Part shown: piece after piece, positions 27,366 through 36,980 of the stretch
Numbering within the stretch: position 1 is the first letter of the stretch
Layout: every line of letters starts with the position of its first letter
The notes under the pieces: generated by a model
The model's database searches: none
What the model was told of the DNA's origin: nothing
Seen by the model: the letters and a program-made list of their open reading frames with translations, nothing else
Source: Candidatus Aenigmatarchaeota archaeon
Lineage (GTDB): Archaea > Aenigmatarchaeota > Aenigmatarchaeia > CG10238-14 > SCSR01
Assembly: GCA_038998335.1 (NCBI GenBank)
Contig: JAVZHQ010000001.1
Span: forward strand, 480,001 to 544,000
Direction of reading: 5' to 3'
DNA: 64,000 bases
Position numbers and translations under genes: made by a program

Positions 27366-28907
27366 TTGAAACTTGTGGAATTAAGCCTTTTGAGAAAAGA
27401 TTTGATAGAGCCAAGAGAATATCAGCTTAGAATAGCTGAAACTGCAAGCAGAAGAAATACCTTAGTGGTTTTACCAACAGGCACAGGAAAAACTTTAATT
27501 TCTCTTTTAGTTGGTTTACATAGATTGGAAAAATTTCCTCAGAGCAAAATCCTAATAACAAGCCCTACTAGACCATTAAACGCTCAACACAAAAAAACTT
27601 TTGAAAATTTTTCAAATATCGAGCCTGAAAAAATTGTTTTAGTAACCGGAAAGATCAAGCCAGAAGAAAGAAAAAAGTTGTATGAAGTTGGAAAGGTAAT
27701 AACAGGTACACCACAATGTTTTCAGAATGATTTGGAAAATGGGAGGCTTAACCTAGAAAACTTCAGTTTCATAACTTTTGACGAAGCACATAGAGCAGTA
27801 AAAGACTATTCTTATACTTTTATAGCAAAAAAGTATATCGAGCAAGCAAAAAATCCTTTAATCCTTGCTTTAACCGCTTCTCCTGGAGGAAGTTTTGAGA
27901 GAATAGAAGAAGTAAAGAAAAATCTTTTTATAGAAGCTGTTGAAATAAGAAGCGAAACTGATGAAGATTTAAAAAAGTATGTTCATCCCATAAAAAAAGA
28001 TTGGGTTTATGTCGAGTTACCAGAAGATTTCGAAAAAATAAAGGTTTTGCTGCAAGAAAAATTAAAAGAAACGCTTGTTTGGTTAAGAGACCATAACTTT
28101 CTTCAAACTCTTAGGCCAAGCAAAAAATCTTTGCTTATGCTTCAAGAAAAGTTTAGCTTAAGAGTAATGGAAGGGGCAAAAAACTATTATATAGCAGCAA
28201 TAATGAAGGTTGCGGAAGCGATAAAGCTTGAGCATGCTTTGGAACTTTTAGAGACTCAAGGAATTTCTCCTTTGCTAGATTTCTTTAGCAAGATAGAAGC
28301 AAGTAAGAAAAGGAGCGATAAGCTGCTAGCAAAAGATTTGAGAATAAAAGAAGCCATAAAAATTGCTCAACAACTTTATTCAAAAGGAATAGAACATCCT
28401 AAGTTAGAAAAACTTTTGTTTATAGTTAAAGATTTGCTGAAAGAAAATTCTTCTAACAGAATAATTGTTTTTGCAAATTACAGAAGCACTATTGACAAGA
28501 TAAATGAGACAATGAGAAAAAATGGAATTAAATCTGAAATTTTGATTGGACAAGCAAAAAGAGAAAAAACAGGACTAACACAACAAAAGCAGATTGAAAC
28601 ATTGGAAAGATTTACAAGAAGCGAGTTTAACGTGCTTTGCGGTACTTCAATTTCAGAAGAAGGTTTATCTATTCCTAATGTAGACTATGTCATTTTTTAT
28701 GAAAGTGTACCTTCAGAAATAAGAGCTATCCAAAGAAGAGGAAGAACAGGAAGGACTAGCCCGGGTAAAATCATTTATTTGATCACCAAAAACACTCGTG
28801 ACGAAGCTTATTATTGGGCTGCTTTCCATAGAGAAAAGAAAATGAAGGGAATTCTGTATAAAATGAAAGAGAAAAGAAGAACATTAAAAGATTGGTTAAG
28901 CTTTTAA
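27366..28907 (+). CDS. hef: Hef/FANCM-like DEAH helicase (helicase part only)
   Basis: PREYQ, VVLPTGTGKT, FDEAHRA, LTASPG, HPKL, SEEGL, QRRGRTGR. No nuclease domain in this ORF. Confidence 0.9.
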   Translation: MKLVELSLLRKDLIEPREYQLRIAETASRRNTLVVLPTGTGKTLISLLVGLHRLEKFPQSKILITSPTRPLNAQHKKTFENFSNIEPEKIVLVTGKIKPEERKKLYEVGKVITGTPQCFQNDLENGRLNLENFSFITFDEAHRAVKDYSYTFIAKKYIEQAKNPLILALTASPGGSFERIEEVKKNLFIEAVEIRSETDEDLKKYVHPIKKDWVYVELPEDFEKIKVLLQEKLKETLVWLRDHNFLQTLRPSKKSLLMLQEKFSLRVMEGAKNYYIAAIMKVAEAIKLEHALELLETQGISPLLDFFSKIEASKKRSDKLLAKDLRIKEAIKIAQQLYSKGIEHPKLEKLLFIVKDLLKENSSNRIIVFANYRSTIDKINETMRKNGIKSEILIGQAKREKTGLTQQKQIETLERFTRSEFNVLCGTSISEEGLSIPNVDYVIFYESVPSEIRAIQRRGRTGRTSPGKIIYLITKNTRDEAYYWAAFHREKKMKGILYKMKEKRRTLKDWLSF

Positions 28908-30310
28908 TCTTTAATAAACCATTTATTCGGGTTTGGAGGCTTTCCTTTAATGCAGGAAACTTTCGATTTTGACAACTTAAGTAACTCATGTAAATGTTTA
29001 GTTACTCCTCTCTTTCCAATTCCAAGCTGCATAGAAATTTCCTTAACTGTTAATGGTTTACCAGCATTTTTAAGTAGCCCAATTATTCTTTCTTTATTTT
29101 TAAAAGGAACCTTGTGTGAACTTAGAAGAATGAAACCCTCTTCTAGTCTTTTCTTCATCTCAGGGAGAAATTCAAATATATTAACTTCAATCATCTTTTT
29201 GAAATTCTTGAAACCGCATATCGTAATATCAGAACTCTTTTCGCTTTCCTCTCCCCCTATTCCAATTTTCTTTAATAAAGACAAAGTTAATCTTCTCCAT
29301 CTTTTTTCTTTTAAAGTTATTGTTACCTCATTTACAACACCTTTTCTTGTTCGTCCACACCAACCTTCTCCTGCAATAACTCCTTTTAGGAAGGACAACT
29401 CAGAATTTGGAACATTGTTAATAATATTTTCTACATTTGAAAGTAAGCCATCAATAAGCAATCTGGACAATAAGAAGTTGCATTCTAAATGAAATGTACC
29501 CATTTCCTTCACAGGAATTCTTTTTATTTTACTCCTATCTTTTTTTATTACTACACTTTTTATTTGTTCTTTCTTTAAACCAGTTACTTTAAGCCAAAAA
29601 TTTTTAACTTTAATTTTGTTATTCTTAAAACGCGATCTTGAATGAACTTGAACCCAACCTGTTAATTTTTCTTTATTTATGCCTATGTGTTCAAAAAACT
29701 TTATCGACTGCTGAATTATCAAGGGCTCACTATTTGAAACTTTTGGTCTTCTTTCACTTTTTGTACCTTCAGCCACCCAAATTCCTAGCCCGACTAGGAA
29801 GTCTTTATTTATCTCGATTAGTGCTGGCAATTTCAATGGTTGGGGATTCTCCTTATTTCTATTTTCAAAAAACACAACAATAAAACGATTAAGAAAAATA
29901 AACTTTATGTCTTTTCCATTAAAATCTCGTGGAAAAAGAAGTGGGGTATTTAAAAACCATTTACCATTTTTGAAAATAAGTACATCTTCCTCCATTAGTT
30001 CTGCTCTTTTTATACATTTCATTTTATTCAATATTTTATCATCTAAAACTAAAGAATTTTTAACTTTCTTTCCAAGCTTAAGTAACTCCTTCAATGGAAT
30101 TTTGTTATTTTTCACAAATGATAAAATCTTAAGTTGAAAATCTTCAGAAATTTCACGCTTTTTATTTAACCAAGAGGAAATGCTACTTACACTCACTTGC
30201 AAAATCTTGCTTAGCTCTCTTTCTGTAATTTTATGAGTAAACAAAATTCCCTGAAGTAAATTGCTCCAGTCTTCTTTACTTAATTTTTCAGCTTCCAATA
30301 TTTTCACCAA
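28904..30310 (-). CDS. Free-standing LAGLIDADG homing-endonuclease-like protein with N- and C-terminal HTH domains
   Basis: Two LAGLIDADG-like helices (LVGLGIWVAEGT, FLKGVIAGEGW), N-terminal XRE-type HTH (ITERELSKILQVSVSSISSW), C-terminal wHTH (LTVKEISMQLGIGKRGVTKHL). Confidence 0.8.
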   Translation of the reverse strand: MVKILEAEKLSKEDWSNLLQGILFTHKITERELSKILQVSVSSISSWLNKKREISEDFQLKILSFVKNNKIPLKELLKLGKKVKNSLVLDDKILNKMKCIKRAELMEEDVLIFKNGKWFLNTPLLFPRDFNGKDIKFIFLNRFIVVFFENRNKENPQPLKLPALIEINKDFLVGLGIWVAEGTKSERRPKVSNSEPLIIQQSIKFFEHIGINKEKLTGWVQVHSRSRFKNNKIKVKNFWLKVTGLKKEQIKSVVIKKDRSKIKRIPVKEMGTFHLECNFLLSRLLIDGLLSNVENIINNVPNSELSFLKGVIAGEGWCGRTRKGVVNEVTITLKEKRWRRLTLSLLKKIGIGGEESEKSSDITICGFKNFKKMIEVNIFEFLPEMKKRLEEGFILLSSHKVPFKNKERIIGLLKNAGKPLTVKEISMQLGIGKRGVTKHLHELLKLSKSKVSCIKGKPPNPNKWFIKD

Positions 30311-30342
30311 TTTTAAATGAATAAAATCTTTTTATATAGTTT

Positions 30343-30360
30343 CCGGGAGTAAACTTCCGG
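30343..30360. promoter_or_regulatory. GC-rich imperfect palindrome beside a TATA box (putative operator)
   Basis: CCGGGAGTAAACTTCCGG next to TTTATATA (30331-30338) in an otherwise AT-rich divergent intergenic region. Confidence 0.5.
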
Positions 30361-30401
30361 TGAATTTTTATAAATTAGAATTATCAAATTTGATTTGAAA
30401 A

Positions 30402-30665
30402 ATGATTGAAAAGTTAAAAGAAATAAGCCGATACACAAGAAAAATTCCTGAAAAGCTAAGCATAGAGGAAATTATAATGTTTGGAATAAAAATTTTAAGC
30501 AAGGAAGAAAATAGCAATCCTATTTGTCTAACTTCTGAGCTCAAGATGGAAAAACAAGGAAACTTTTTTATCATTGGCTTGTATAAAGAATTTTCAAACT
30601 ACTCAGAGCTTGAAAGAATATGGATAATAGACAAGAAAAAAGTTGAATTTTATAAGCTTGAGTGA
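30402..30665 (+). CDS. Hypothetical protein
   Basis: 87-aa ORF with typical composition and no recognised motif. Confidence 0.55.
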   Translation: MIEKLKEISRYTRKIPEKLSIEEIIMFGIKILSKEENSNPICLTSELKMEKQGNFFIIGLYKEFSNYSELERIWIIDKKKVEFYKLE

Positions 30666-30711
30666 AAAATCTTTATATTCTTGCAAAAAATCAAGAAATT
30701 AAGGTGAAATT

Positions 30712-31356
30712 TTGGACACACAAAAAATCCTTAAACCAAAAGAAAAAATTCTTATAGTTTGCGATTATAGAGAAAAAGAGGTTATAGAAGAATTGAAAAA
30801 ACTTGGAGCCTTGGTTAACGTTCAAAGCCTAGAAATTGGAGATTTTGTTCTTTCTGAAAAAGTTTGTGTTGAGAAAAAAACTCATTCAGATTTTATTTCT
30901 TCGATAATCGATGGAAGAATATTCGAGCAAGCTTCTTTGTTAAGAAAAAATTTTGAAAAACCGATAATTGTTATAGAAGGCTATTCAAACAGAGAAATAA
31001 GTGATAATGCCTTAAAAGCTGCTTTAGCATGCTTGCTAATAGATTTTGGAATTTCTCTAGTAAGCACAAAAAATTCTTTCGATACTGCTAAGCTTATTTA
31101 TTGGATTGCCAAAAAAGAACAAAGCGAAACAAAAAGTGAAGTAGCGATAAAAGTTGGAAAAAAACCTAAGGATATAAGAAAAATTCAAGAGTTTATAGTA
31201 TCTTCACTACCAGGAGTTTCGACAAAAACTGCTGTAAAGCTATTAAAAAATTTTGGAAGCGTTGAGAAAGTTTTTAGCGCAAGCGAAGAAGAGCTAAAAA
31301 AAGTTATAGGCAAAAAGGCTGAAAAGATTAAAAAGATTCTAAGCGAGAAATATTAA
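30712..31356 (+). CDS. ERCC4/XPF-type structure-specific nuclease with HhH domain (Hef nuclease part)
   Basis: CDYRE, LEIGDF, VEKKT..DF..SIIDGRIFEQ, SLPGVSTK.A..LL..FGS. AGGTGA SD before the TTG start. Confidence 0.92.
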   Translation: MDTQKILKPKEKILIVCDYREKEVIEELKKLGALVNVQSLEIGDFVLSEKVCVEKKTHSDFISSIIDGRIFEQASLLRKNFEKPIIVIEGYSNREISDNALKAALACLLIDFGISLVSTKNSFDTAKLIYWIAKKEQSETKSEVAIKVGKKPKDIRKIQEFIVSSLPGVSTKTAVKLLKNFGSVEKVFSASEEELKKVIGKKAEKIKKILSEKY

Positions 31357-31367
31357 TTGGTGTTTAT

Positions 31368-31874
31368 CTGACAAAAGGAATTATTGTTGGAATTGATATT
31401 GGCTTAACAGTTGGTATAGCAATTCTTGACACGAAAGGAAATATTGTTGAATTAACGAGCAAAAAGGAAGCTAAAAAAAGTGAAATAATAAGGCATATTT
31501 TAAAATTTGGAAAGCCTTTGGTAATAGCCTCTGATGTTAACCCTGTGCCAAAAACTATAGAAAAAATTGCAAGCTCTCTAGGAAGCAGGCTTTTTTATCC
31601 AGAAGTTTCCTTGTCAAACGTAGAAAAAGTAAAGATAATTCAAAAGTATGAAAAAATTATAAAAGATTCTCATCAGAAAGATGCTTTGGCCGCTTGCCTA
31701 AAAGCTTTCAAGCACTACCATGAACTTTTCTTAAGAATAGAGGATTTTTTGAAGAAAATAAATAAAAAAGAAATTTATGAAAAAGTTGTGGAAGAGGTTA
31801 TGAAAAGTGAGAGCGAAAATATAGTTAATGCTACAAAAAAAATTTTGGAGAGAAAGGATGAAAAAAATAAATGA
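31368..31874 (+). CDS. DUF460 family protein (RNase H-like N-terminus), probable CTG start
   Basis: The frame extends upstream of 31518 to MTKGIIVGIDIGLTVGIAILD. GKPLVIASDVNP and HQKDALAA motifs. GGTG SD precedes CTG 31368. Confidence 0.8.
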   Translation: MTKGIIVGIDIGLTVGIAILDTKGNIVELTSKKEAKKSEIIRHILKFGKPLVIASDVNPVPKTIEKIASSLGSRLFYPEVSLSNVEKVKIIQKYEKIIKDSHQKDALAACLKAFKHYHELFLRIEDFLKKINKKEIYEKVVEEVMKSESENIVNATKKILERKDEKNK

Positions 31875-32379
31875 AAAACTCTTGAAAGTTCTTTTGTTTT
31901 TCATAAAATTGAACATCTTGGTTATTCCTCTTTATGTCATAATTTATCTTGATGTTTCCTTTCCTATGCTTCAAAACTTTTTAGCTTCAAGCTTGCATTT
32001 TATTCTCTCGAAGTTTGATCCAAGTGTTTCTTTTAAAGATTATTATCTCTATGTTCCTTTTAAAACAGAAAAGGGTTTACAAGTAGAGACTTTCATTATT
32101 TCTTTTGACTGCACTGGATGGAAAACTATGTACTTACTTTTTGCCTTAGTCTTGGCAACTCCTTCTGAGCTGAAAAAAAAGTTCAAAGTTTTAGTTATTG
32201 GTTCGCCTTTTCTTTTTTTCTTGAATTTCATAAGAATTCTCACCACTATTCTTTTTTGCATGAGCTTTGGCTTACAATACTTAGAAGTTATCCATAACTT
32301 TCTCTGGAGAGAAGGTTTAATTTTAGTAGTAGCAGCTATATGGTATATATGGTTAAAAAAGGAAAATATAATTAGATAA
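31858..32379 (+). CDS. Archaeosortase/exosortase family membrane protein
   Basis: Multi-TM protein with the candidate catalytic triad: ISFDCTGW (Cys), LNFIRI (Arg), IHNFLW (His). Confidence 0.85.
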   Translation: MKKINEKLLKVLLFFIKLNILVIPLYVIIYLDVSFPMLQNFLASSLHFILSKFDPSVSFKDYYLYVPFKTEKGLQVETFIISFDCTGWKTMYLLFALVLATPSELKKKFKVLVIGSPFLFFLNFIRILTTILFCMSFGLQYLEVIHNFLWREGLILVVAAIWYIWLKKENIIR

Positions 32380-32381
32380 AA

Positions 32382-33308
32382 ATGGATTTTGAAGACCAGC
32401 CTGAATTCGCTACTCGGCCTGAAACTTTTGAAAAAGGCCAGGATATTGAAAGTAGAGTTCTGTTTCTTGAAAGAAGAGTAGAAAGAATTCTTGCAGAACT
32501 AGAAAAAATAAGAGAAAAGCCTAACGTTGAACAAATAATAGTAGATTTTCTTGAAGACTTAGAAAAAATCAAAAAAGAATGGAAAAAGGAAGAGGAAAAA
32601 ATAAATTACATAAAAAGTTTTATGGAAGAGTTTGATAGGAAAGTTGAAGAAATAAGAAAAATTGACATAAAAGGTTTTGAAGAAAAAGTTGAAATGCTAA
32701 ACCAAGCTTTAAAAAGGTTGGAGGAGCAAAAAAAGATGGTAGAAGGAGTATACGATACCATTTTTTCAGCAACAAAACCCTTAAACGAAAGAATAGCTGT
32801 AGTAGAAAATGAAATCAAAAATTTAGAAGCAAAATCAGTTGGACTAAAAGAATTTGACCCTTCTAAAATAAGTGAATTGGAAAATAGAGTTAGCTCTTTA
32901 GAAGATGATTTAAGAAGGCTTGGTTCAACGATCTCAACTTTACCAAACCAAGGAACAAGAGAATTTGAAGAAAGGATGGAAAGTATTGAAAGAAAAATTT
33001 CTAGCTTAGAGTTAAGCTTAACAAGTTTTAAACCAGTTGAGGTTAAAGAAGGTGTTACAACAACAGATGAAATAGCAAAAAACTTTTTGACTTTAAACTC
33101 GAGAATCGATGAGCTAGAGAAAAAAATAAAACTGCTTGAAGAAAGTTTTGATAGAAGTATGGAAGAAATTAAATCTTCGGTTCAAAAAAGTAAAGAAGCA
33201 AAAAAAGCTGAACTTTCTTCTGTTATAGAAGATATAACAAAAAAGATCTCTTCGATAGAAGAAAGGTTAGAAGCTAAGAAAAAAGTCAGCCCAATAGTTA
33301 TAGAGTAA
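32382..33308 (+). CDS. Coiled-coil hypothetical protein
   Basis: Heptad-rich E/K/L/I sequence with repeated RISSLE-like units. Confidence 0.75.
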   Translation: MDFEDQPEFATRPETFEKGQDIESRVLFLERRVERILAELEKIREKPNVEQIIVDFLEDLEKIKKEWKKEEEKINYIKSFMEEFDRKVEEIRKIDIKGFEEKVEMLNQALKRLEEQKKMVEGVYDTIFSATKPLNERIAVVENEIKNLEAKSVGLKEFDPSKISELENRVSSLEDDLRRLGSTISTLPNQGTREFEERMESIERKISSLELSLTSFKPVEVKEGVTTTDEIAKNFLTLNSRIDELEKKIKLLEESFDRSMEEIKSSVQKSKEAKKAELSSVIEDITKKISSIEERLEAKKKVSPIVIE

Positions 33309-33329
33309 AGTTTAAAAGCTTCTTCTCCC

Positions 33330-33349
33330 ATAATTATTATAATAATTAT
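33330..33349. repeat. Perfect 20-bp all-AT palindrome upstream of the topA cluster
   Basis: ATAATTATTATAATAATTAT equals its own reverse complement. Confidence 0.8.
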
Positions 33350-33368
33350 AATTATTAAGGTGAAAAGG

Positions 33369-33428
33369 ATGGAGAAAAAATTTGAGAGCAACTGGGAAAA
33401 GTATGAAATATTCCCCCTAGGCGGATAA
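33369..33428 (+). CDS. Possible 19-aa small ORF or leader peptide
   Basis: MEKKFESNWEKYEIFPLGG with a strong AGGTGA SD at 33358-33363. Confidence 0.35.
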   Translation: MEKKFESNWEKYEIFPLGG

Positions 33429-33453
33429 GCCTTCCGCAATCTGGGCAGTTTGT

Positions 33454-33672
33454 GTGGGAATAGTTAAAGATAACCTAGGAATAAGAAAGTTAAGGATAGC
33501 CAAAGGTAAGATTAAAGGAAAAGTTTTCAGAGATGAGAAAGGAAAAATCAACTTTGAGTTATCAGACGAGAAAAATCCCATAACTCAAGTTAACAGGCTA
33601 AACATTAAAAGTTATGAAGAATGGGAAAAAATTAAAAGCTTGGTTGACAAGTGGATAAAAAAGCTTAAGTGA
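33454..33672 (+). CDS. Small basic hypothetical protein adjoining topA
   Basis: 72 aa, GTG start, stop overlaps the in-frame GTG upstream of the topA ATG. Confidence 0.6.
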   Translation: MGIVKDNLGIRKLRIAKGKIKGKVFRDEKGKINFELSDEKNPITQVNRLNIKSYEEWEKIKSLVDKWIKKLK

Positions 33673-33677
33673 AGTTC

Positions 33678-35750
33678 ATGGGCTACACTTTAATAATCGC
33701 TGAAAAGCCAGACGCAGCAAGAAGAATAGCCGAAGCTTTAGCTGATAAAAAGCCAAAAGTCGTTAAGAAAAGAGAAGTAGAGTATTACGAATTTACAGTT
33801 AACGGAAAAAAGCATGTTTGCGTTCCTGCTGTTGGCCATCTATTTACTCTTTCTCCTTTGTCTAAAAGTAAAAAATGGAACTACCCAATTTTTTCTTATG
33901 AATGGACTCCAACTTATACAAAAAAAGGAACCGAGTGGACAAGGAAATACTTTGAGAATATTGTGGATTTAGCAAAAGGTGCTGACGAGTTTATAGATGC
34001 TGCAGATGTTGACACAGAAGGAGAAGTTTTGCTTTACAATATTTTAAGATTCATTTGTAAGGTTAAAGATGCTAAAAGAATACAATTCTCAACTTTAACA
34101 AAAGATGAACTTGTTGAGGCATACAGAAATATGTCAAACCATATTCTTTTTCCAATGCTTGAAAGCGGTTTAACAAGGCATGAGCTTGATTGGCTATGGG
34201 GAATTAACTTAACTCGAGCTCTAACTCTTGCTCTAAAAAATCATGGCGCTAAAGCTTTTGCTATTCTATCAGCAGGAAGAGTTCAAAGCCCAACTTTAAA
34301 CCTTCTTTTGGAAAGAGAAATTGAAATAAGAAATTTTAAACCAAAACCTTTCTGGCAGCTCGAGCTAAGAGCAAAAGTTGACAATCAAGAAATAGTTGCG
34401 ATGCATGAAAAGGATAAATTTTGGAAGAAAGAAGAAGTTGATAAAGTTTTGAATGACTGTAAAGGAAAGGATGCTTTGGTAAAGGATGTGAAAAAAAGAG
34501 AATATAAACAAAAACCTCCTTTTCCTTTTAATACTACTGATTTGCAAGCAGAAGCTTATGCTTGCTTTAAGTTCTCTCCCACTCAAACCCTACAAATTGC
34601 TGAATCACTTTACCAGCAAGGTTTTATTTCTTACCCAAGATCTTCAAGCCAAAAATTGCCTCCAGTAATAAATTATGAAAAAATTTTGAAAGCTTTAGCA
34701 AGTTTAAAACCTTATGAAAAGTTTGCTAAGGAATTACTAGAAAAAGAAAAACTCATTCCTAATGAAGGTCCAAAAGAAGATCCTGCACACCCAGCAATTT
34801 ATGCTACTCATGAAATTCCAGAATTAAGCAAGCTGACTCCTCAACAAAGGAAGCTTTATGATCTAATTGTGAGAAGGACCTTAGCAACTTTTGCCGAAGA
34901 AGCTTTAAGGGAAAGTATAAACGCAATTTTGGCAATAGATGATAATAAATTCATAGCTGTAGGGAAAAGAACAATAAAGCCTGGATGGACAGAAATCTAC
35001 TCTCCTTATTTGACTTTTGAAGAACAAATCCTTCCTGAGCTTAAGGTTGGACAAACCGTTAAAGTTATTAAAATCAACTTGCTTTCAAAACAAACTCAAC
35101 CCCCTCCAAGGTATACTCAAGGAAGTATAATAAAAGAACTTGAAAAAAGAAATCTCGGGACAAAAGCAACTAGGGCAGAAATTTTGCAAACACTTTATGA
35201 TAGAAAGTATATTTTTGGGAAGAGCATTCAAGTTACAAAGCTTGGGGAAGTTGTTGCTAAAACTTTGAAGGAGTTTGTTCCAAGTATAGTTAGCGAAGAA
35301 TTAACAAGACATTTTGAAGAAGAAATGGAACAGGTTTTTAATGGAAAGAAAAAAAGAGAAGAGGTTGTAGAGGAAGCAAAAGAAGTTTTAAGCAAGATTT
35401 TGGAAGAATTTAAGAGCAAGGAAGAAAGAATTGGAAAAAAATTGCTCGAAGGTTTAACTCTTTCCAGACAAGAAGAAAGAAGACTTGGTATATGCCCAAA
35501 TTGCAAAGGCGAGCTAAGAATACTTTTTTCAAGAGCTAGTGGTAAGCGTTTTGTTGGTTGTTCAAACTATCCAAAATGCAAAACAGGCTTTCCTTTGCCT
35601 TTGGTTGGACAAATAACTTCTTTGAACAAAAACTGCGAAGTTTGTGGTTTGCCTATGATTCAAGTTTGGAGGAAAGGTAAAAGACCTTTTAGAATGTGTA
35701 TTAATCCTAACTGCAAAACAAAAGAAAGTTGGAATAAAAATAAAAGCTAA
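33678..35750 (+). CDS. topA: DNA topoisomerase IA with C-terminal zinc fingers
   Basis: LIIAEKP, AVGHL, D.D.EGE (TOPRIM), SAGRVQSP, catalytic ISYPR, LGTKATR, C4 zinc ribbons. Confidence 0.95.
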   Translation: MGYTLIIAEKPDAARRIAEALADKKPKVVKKREVEYYEFTVNGKKHVCVPAVGHLFTLSPLSKSKKWNYPIFSYEWTPTYTKKGTEWTRKYFENIVDLAKGADEFIDAADVDTEGEVLLYNILRFICKVKDAKRIQFSTLTKDELVEAYRNMSNHILFPMLESGLTRHELDWLWGINLTRALTLALKNHGAKAFAILSAGRVQSPTLNLLLEREIEIRNFKPKPFWQLELRAKVDNQEIVAMHEKDKFWKKEEVDKVLNDCKGKDALVKDVKKREYKQKPPFPFNTTDLQAEAYACFKFSPTQTLQIAESLYQQGFISYPRSSSQKLPPVINYEKILKALASLKPYEKFAKELLEKEKLIPNEGPKEDPAHPAIYATHEIPELSKLTPQQRKLYDLIVRRTLATFAEEALRESINAILAIDDNKFIAVGKRTIKPGWTEIYSPYLTFEEQILPELKVGQTVKVIKINLLSKQTQPPPRYTQGSIIKELEKRNLGTKATRAEILQTLYDRKYIFGKSIQVTKLGEVVAKTLKEFVPSIVSEELTRHFEEEMEQVFNGKKKREEVVEEAKEVLSKILEEFKSKEERIGKKLLEGLTLSRQEERRLGICPNCKGELRILFSRASGKRFVGCSNYPKCKTGFPLPLVGQITSLNKNCEVCGLPMIQVWRKGKRPFRMCINPNCKTKESWNKNKS

Positions 35751-36280
35751 GGCTCAATCATTTCTCTCCTTCTCAAATCGTAAAGCATTCCTTGAAGAAT
35801 TCTATCAATATCCTCCGAAGAAAGTTTCACCGTTAGTTTTCGCTTAACTAATTTTCCAACTTTTTGTTTTGTTTTGTAAATTCCGTTGTATCCTCTATAA
35901 CCTCTGTGAGTTACTGGCACCATTCTTTTGACCAAGCTTTTAATTTCTTTTGCTGGACTTTTAAAAGAAAGAGCTGCTTTCATCACATAAAAAGCGATTT
36001 GGTTGCAAACATAAACTTTTTCCGGTTTATAATCGTGACTTTTGTTAAGAATTAATTCAAGGGTTTCTTTTCCGAGCAAACTCCAATAACCATTTCCATT
36101 CTTACATTTATTGTTTCCGTTAGGCTGATAATAAGCTATTCCTCGCCAGTCAAGCAGTTCAACATTATCAGTTTTTATTCCAACTCCAGCCCCTATAAGA
36201 TTAATTTTTCTTTTATGCTTGTCTGGTAAATTTAAAGTTTTAACGCTTTCGTCAACGTAAAGGTTTCCGTCCCAACTCAT
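35747..36280 (-). CDS. Hypothetical protein
   Basis: 177-aa ORF. N-terminal LYVDES is reminiscent of an RNase H-fold first strand. Confidence 0.6.
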   Translation of the reverse strand: MSWDGNLYVDESVKTLNLPDKHKRKINLIGAGVGIKTDNVELLDWRGIAYYQPNGNNKCKNGNGYWSLLGKETLELILNKSHDYKPEKVYVCNQIAFYVMKAALSFKSPAKEIKSLVKRMVPVTHRGYRGYNGIYKTKQKVGKLVKRKLTVKLSSEDIDRILQGMLYDLRRREMIEP

Positions 36281-36391
36281 CCAGATTAAAATTGAGAAAA
36301 ATAATTAAAATCAAATTTTGTGAAAGAAAAAATATTTTTAAAAACAAAAAAATTTATTTTTTTCTCGACAAAAAATTAAATGTATCGACTT

Positions 36392-36961
36392 CTATAGCTT
36401 AATTTCAACGTCTTTCTTTTCCTCTTCCGTAGCTTTAAACAACTCTACAGGCTTAAACTTGAAAATCTCTGCAACAAATCTATCAGGAATTGATTGTATT
36501 TTTATATTGTAAGTGTTTACGCATTCGTTATAAAACTCTCTTCTGTCTGCAAGCTCATTTTCCAAACCAGAAATTCTTGCTTGCAACTGCAAGAAGTTTT
36601 CGTTGGCCCTTAGCTTTGGATAGTTTTCCACTACTGCAAACAAAGTTTTTAAAACACTTGAGATTTTATTAGAAATTTTAATTCTTTCTCCTTTGGTAGA
36701 AGCTTCTGCCCATTTAGACCTTAATCTTGTAATCTCTTCCAAAACACCCTTCTCATGCTTCATATAACCTTTACACACTTCTACAAGTTTTGGTAGTTCG
36801 TCATGCCTTTGCTTGAGCACAACTTCAACGTTAGCCCAAGCCTTGTCTATGTTCCTTCTCAACCTTATCAAATTATTGAAAACAACGATAACATAGCCTA
36901 TAATTGCTATTAAAACCAAAGCTATTATTACCCCAAGAATAATTTCAATTCCCAATATCAT
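36392..36961 (-). CDS. lemA: LemA family protein
   Basis: N-terminal TM, AWANVEV.LKQRHD, ENYPKLRANENFLQLQ, ENELADRREFYN. Confidence 0.93.
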   Translation of the reverse strand: MILGIEIILGVIIALVLIAIIGYVIVVFNNLIRLRRNIDKAWANVEVVLKQRHDELPKLVEVCKGYMKHEKGVLEEITRLRSKWAEASTKGERIKISNKISSVLKTLFAVVENYPKLRANENFLQLQARISGLENELADRREFYNECVNTYNIKIQSIPDRFVAEIFKFKPVELFKATEEEKKDVEIKL

Positions 36962-36980
36962 TTTTGAGCCCTATTTAAAA

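Noticed and set aside
28950-30137. Plus-strand ORFs that might bridge the Hef helicase and nuclease (intein or intron)
   Set aside because: They are antisense shadows of the LAGLIDADG gene. The helicase has a clean stop and there are no splicing motifs.
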